From IMG/VR virus record IMGVR_UViG_3300020202_000006, positions 1 through 56,808 of that record: 56,808 nt of DNA, one strand, 5' to 3'. Positions within the stretch are counted from its first letter, which is position 1; the number at the start of each line of letters is the position of its first letter. A program made the translations under genes and the position numbers. The notes below the pieces were generated by a model, which saw only the letters and a program-made list of their open reading frames with translations, did not search any database and had not been told where the DNA came from. This DNA is from a virus. Lineage: Duplodnaviria; Caudoviricetes. Below, piece after piece: positions 53,584 through 56,808 of this stretch.

Positions 53584-53648
53584 GACGGGTCTCCTGGTTC
53601 GAGAAACCCCGGCACCCGCGGAGGCGAGCGCCGGAGCAGTGAGGAAGG

Positions 53649-54089
53649 TCAGAACGGGGGATCGCTGTCGTCCATCTCGATCGGCTGCGTGCGGGTGAGC
53701 GCCGCCTGCGTGCGCGGGGACGCCCTGGGCGGGGCCGCCTTGGGCGCGGGCGCGGCGCTCTCCTCGCGGGGGCCGACGAACTGGAACTCCTCGACGACGA
53801 CGGAGAGCTTGGACCGCCGCTGGCCGTCGGACTCCCACTGGTCGAGCTTGAGGCGGCCCTCGATCAGCACCTCGCGGCCCTTGGACAGGTGCTGGGCCAT
53901 CACCTCCGCCGTCTTGCCGAAGGCGGTGCAGTCGACGAACAGCACCTCCTCCTTCGCCTCGCCGTCGCGGCCCTTGGAGCGGCGGTTGACGGCGAGCCCG
54001 ACGGTGGCGACGGAGACGCCGCTGCTGGTGTTCTTGAGTTCGATGTCGCGGACCAGACGCCCGCCGAGGATGACCTTGTTGTAGTTCAC
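53649..54089 (-). CDS. ssb: Single-stranded DNA-binding protein
   Basis: NKVILGGRLVRD, KGREVLIEGRL and DSDPPF tail. Confidence 0.95.
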   Translation of the reverse strand: MNYNKVILGGRLVRDIELKNTSSGVSVATVGLAVNRRSKGRDGEAKEEVLFVDCTAFGKTAEVMAQHLSKGREVLIEGRLKLDQWESDGQRRSKLSVVVEEFQFVGPREESAAPAPKAAPPRASPRTQAALTRTQPIEMDDSDPPF

Positions 54090-54319
54090 GCCGCACCTCC
54101 TTCGCGGGCCGCGAGCATCGCGTCGGCGAACCCCAGCGCCGCTGCGGCGACCGTGCGCTCTAGGTCGCGGTGTTGCTCGTGCGGAAGGCTCACCGCTTTG
54201 AGGTAGAAGCTTGCCAGCATCCCCTGCATCGCCTGCCCCGCGAACCAGTCGCGGAGGGACATCCCGTCCGAGCCCGAGGCTCCGGCGAACGCCGGTCCGC
54301 CGTCGTCCTTCTTATCCAC
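54086..54319 (-). CDS. Conserved small phage protein
   Basis: GGPAF...GMSLRDWFAGQAM...ADAMLAAR. Confidence 0.8.
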   Translation of the reverse strand: MDKKDDGGPAFAGASGSDGMSLRDWFAGQAMQGMLASFYLKAVSLPHEQHRDLERTVAAAALGFADAMLAAREGGAA

Positions 54320-55106
54320 GCGCCACCGCCTTCCTGCCCCTGGGGGCCTTGCCGTTCCCGATCGCCTTGTCCGCGTGCGCCTCCTCGCGCTCGACGTGGT
54401 CCTGCAAGTCGTTCTTGAGCGCCGCGTCCTGCGCCGCCTCGTCCATCACCTCGCCCGTCGCGGTGTCGACGCGCTTGCCGTCCAGATCCGCCAGGAACTC
54501 GGCGCCGCTCTGGACTGGCTTGGGCTCGGGCTGGTCCTTGAGCCACGCCGTCAGCACGGGCCGCAGGGTCACGGGCCACTTGCTCGCGGGCAGAGTCAGC
54601 CCCAGCGCCGCCGCGGCGTCCGCGAGCGTGAGGTTCTTGGATTTGAAGTGGGCCCGCATCTTCTCCTCGCCCTCGGCGCCGAAGGTCTCGGGCGGGCGGT
54701 CGTACTTGACCTCCTGGTCCTGGTCGGGGTCGTCGCCCGTCTCCAGCCCCAGCGTCTTGAGGAGGGCGTACTTGACGGCGTAGCTGATCGCCTTGCCGGG
54801 GCCCTTGTCCTGGTCGTCGATGCCGTAGCCGAACATGTCCACCGACAGCCTGTCGGCGGGCTGGTCGGAGTTGACGAACGTGACGGTCACGACGGCCTCG
54901 GTGCGGTTGCCCGTCTGCGCCCGTTCCTTGACGCAGGCGAAGTAGACCACGCCCTGGTTGACGAGCGCCGGGCGGACCTTGGCGGTGACCGCGTCGTGGG
55001 AGACGATCGAGTACCGCATCCCCTGCTTGGACTCTTTGCGGACGTAGGTCACGTCCTTCATCACCGCCAGCAGCCGCTGGTACAGGTTCCGTGTGTCGCG
55101 TTCCAT
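54312..55106 (-). CDS. ERF-family ssDNA annealing protein
   Basis: NLYQRL..VM, DKGPGKAISYAVKYAL..TL...TGDDPD. Confidence 0.85.
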   Translation of the reverse strand: MERDTRNLYQRLLAVMKDVTYVRKESKQGMRYSIVSHDAVTAKVRPALVNQGVVYFACVKERAQTGNRTEAVVTVTFVNSDQPADRLSVDMFGYGIDDQDKGPGKAISYAVKYALLKTLGLETGDDPDQDQEVKYDRPPETFGAEGEEKMRAHFKSKNLTLADAAAALGLTLPASKWPVTLRPVLTAWLKDQPEPKPVQSGAEFLADLDGKRVDTATGEVMDEAAQDAALKNDLQDHVEREEAHADKAIGNGKAPRGRKAVARG

Positions 55107-55109
55107 CGT

Positions 55110-55265
55110 TCAGCCCTCGTCTCGTGCCCGCCGCAGCGCCGCCGCGGCCTTCGCCATCTCCGCCAGCCTCTCCGCCGTCCAGCGGACCTCCTCCGCCGCC
55201 TCGCGCCGCGCCTGCTCGGCGTCGTGCTCGTCGGCGAGGGCGATGACGCGGGGGTCCTGGCTCAT
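55110..55265 (-). CDS. Small helical protein
   Basis: ATGA coupling. Confidence 0.55.
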   Translation of the reverse strand: MSQDPRVIALADEHDAEQARREAAEEVRWTAERLAEMAKAAAALRRARDEG

Positions 55266-55618
55266 CGCCCACCCCCCCGCGCCGCCTCTCGCGCGCCGCG
55301 CACCGAGACGCCGACGAGGTCGGCCGTCACGTGCAGCCGCTTCGCCAGCAAATCGGCCTCGTTCAGGTTGGATTCGGTGACGGGATCCAGCAGCAGCAGG
55401 TCCATCCGCCGCAGGCTGTCGCGCATGAGCAGCACGTGCGCCCGCGCGAGGTCCAGGTCCGGGGCCTCGTCCATGTCCGCCGCGATGCGGTCCATACACC
55501 GGCGGTTCGCGGCGTCGCTCATGCGTGTGACGAGGGTGTCGAACCGGGACGCGAGCACGTCGGCGTCCTCGGGGCGGAGGCGTTCGGGCTCGGCGATGGG
55601 GCTGGTGAGTTCACCCAC
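55262..55618 (-). CDS. Hypothetical protein
   Basis: GGAGG SD, GTG start. Confidence 0.55.
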   Translation of the reverse strand: MGELTSPIAEPERLRPEDADVLASRFDTLVTRMSDAANRRCMDRIAADMDEAPDLDLARAHVLLMRDSLRRMDLLLLDPVTESNLNEADLLAKRLHVTADLVGVSVRGAREAARGGGR

Positions 55619-56120
55619 GGCCCACCTCCTCGGCCTTGGCCGCATCGGTGGCAGGGCGGAGAAGAACGGCGCGGGCGCGGATGATGTCAGAGAGGGCGAG
55701 CCGCACCAGCCCCTTGACCTTCCTGCCGGGCAGGATGAGGTCCACGTTGGATTCGCCGTCCCAGGCGTCGAAGTTGAACGCGGAATGCACGCAGGCGAAG
55801 GGACGCAGCGCCTCCACCGCCGCGTCCCGCTGGCGCTCGGCCTCTTCGGCGCGGCGGAGGAGGGCGGCGGGGTCAACGGGGGGCGCGGGCGGCTCGTACC
55901 ACTGGCCGCCGGACTCCGCGACGATGGCGCGGGCATCTGTCTCGGTGATGCGCTCGCCGTTGCCGAACACTCCTTGCGGGTACTCCGACTGAAGCCACTG
56001 CCGGCCGGAGCGGCCGTAGTACAGGCCGCCGACCGGAAACGCCCCGCCGAAGGCCCAGAAGCCCATTCCGTTCGCGGCGCCGAAGAACTCCGTCCCTGTC
56101 GTCGTGGGTGTGCCGCTCAT
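55611..56120 (-). CDS. Hypothetical protein
   Basis: Starts MSGT; EALRPFA...IIRARA motif. Confidence 0.65.
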   Translation of the reverse strand: MSGTPTTTGTEFFGAANGMGFWAFGGAFPVGGLYYGRSGRQWLQSEYPQGVFGNGERITETDARAIVAESGGQWYEPPAPPVDPAALLRRAEEAERQRDAAVEALRPFACVHSAFNFDAWDGESNVDLILPGRKVKGLVRLALSDIIRARAVLLRPATDAAKAEEVGRG

Positions 56121-56665
56121 TGCTCACCCCCGACGCTGGAGCGGCGTGCGGCCTCGGCCGACCGCGAGTGCCGCGGCGCCTGGTACGGGGTGGGGTGGCC
56201 CAGGTCGGTGGCGAGCTTGGCGTCCGCGGCGGGGTTGCCGCCGGTCAGCACCTCGCCGTTGGGGACGGGCTTGTCGGCGGGCTCAGCAAAGCCGAAGCAG
56301 TGGACGGGAGCCGTGCCCGCCTCGCCCGCAATGCGAACGGGACTGAATCGGAGCAGGCCGTAGCCCGCATAGTCACATGGCCCCTTGCCCTTGACGGACC
56401 CCGCCTCACCAAACGCCTTGGCCGCGCCCGCGACATAGCGGCCGATGCACTCGTTGGTGACGCTGCTGGGGGTGGCGCCCTGATCCTTGAATGGGCGGAA
56501 GTCCTCGGGGGTGGCGACGTTCCCGCAAAGCGGGCACTCAAAGCGCCACTTCATCTTGTCGGGGCCGAAGCGGCGCGAGCCCTCCGCGGCCCACTCTGCC
56601 TCCGTCATCGTGACGGGCTTCGCCGTCCCCGCCTCACCCCGCCCTGCTTGGTTGGTGCCGCTCAC
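56117..56665 (-). CDS. VVA0879-like Cys protein with shared terminal modules
   Basis: EW.AEG.RRFG.D...W.F.CP.CG, CIGR, PCDYAG.GL. Confidence 0.75.
   Translation of the reverse strand: MSGTNQAGRGEAGTAKPVTMTEAEWAAEGSRRFGPDKMKWRFECPLCGNVATPEDFRPFKDQGATPSSVTNECIGRYVAGAAKAFGEAGSVKGKGPCDYAGYGLLRFSPVRIAGEAGTAPVHCFGFAEPADKPVPNGEVLTGGNPAADAKLATDLGHPTPYQAPRHSRSAEAARRSSVGGEQ
56137..56284. repeat. 148-bp exact direct repeat; second copy 56682-56808 continuing into 107-127
   Basis: Direct comparison; offset 545 bp. Confidence 0.9.
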
Positions 56666-56808
56666 TCCTCACCCCCCGTCATGGAGCGGCGTGCGGCCTC
56701 GGCCGACCGCGAGTGCCGCGGCGCCTGGTACGGGGTGGGGTGGCCCAGGTCGGTGGCGAGCTTGGCGTCCGCGGCGGGGTTGCCGCCGGTCAGCACCTCG
56801 CCGTTGGG

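Noticed and set aside
56137-56808. Diversity-generating retroelement TR/VR pair
   Set aside because: The copies are identical with no adenine-specific changes, and no reverse transcriptase is visible

Overview
The window appears to be a complete, circular temperate tailed-phage genome of about 56,702 bp, because bases 1-106 are repeated exactly at 56703-56808. GC content is high (roughly 70% by eye). The likely host is a Planctomycete of the Phycisphaerales, since the phage carries a GC-type dockerin protein and a DUF1559-like prepilin. Layout: tyrosine integrase, two XRE regulators and a tRNA cluster (0.5-3.4 kb); lysis-like membrane genes and an SGNH-hydrolase virion protein (3.6-7 kb); two large ejection-type proteins on the minus strand (7.6-14.1 kb); an array of small early genes separated by a repeated two-hairpin element behind a near-consensus sigma70 promoter (14.7-17.8 kb); a dif-like Xer site near a candidate genome end (about 18.4 kb); a morphogenesis operon (20.4-40.8 kb) with terminase, portal, scaffold, capsid, a methyltransferase-methyltransferase-glycosyltransferase fusion, neck and tail-tube genes, an apparently 137-aa tape measure and Cys-rich tail genes; and a leftward early/replication arm with a two-frame C5 methyltransferase, DnaC-like loader, initiator with iterons, ParB-like protein, SSB and ERF. 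The best candidates for new biology are the repeat-punctuated early cassette array, the hybrid short-tail virion module, the host-mimicking dockerin/pilin pair and tandem ORFs with constant ends and swapped cores. All product calls come from motif recognition by eye; no database searches were run.
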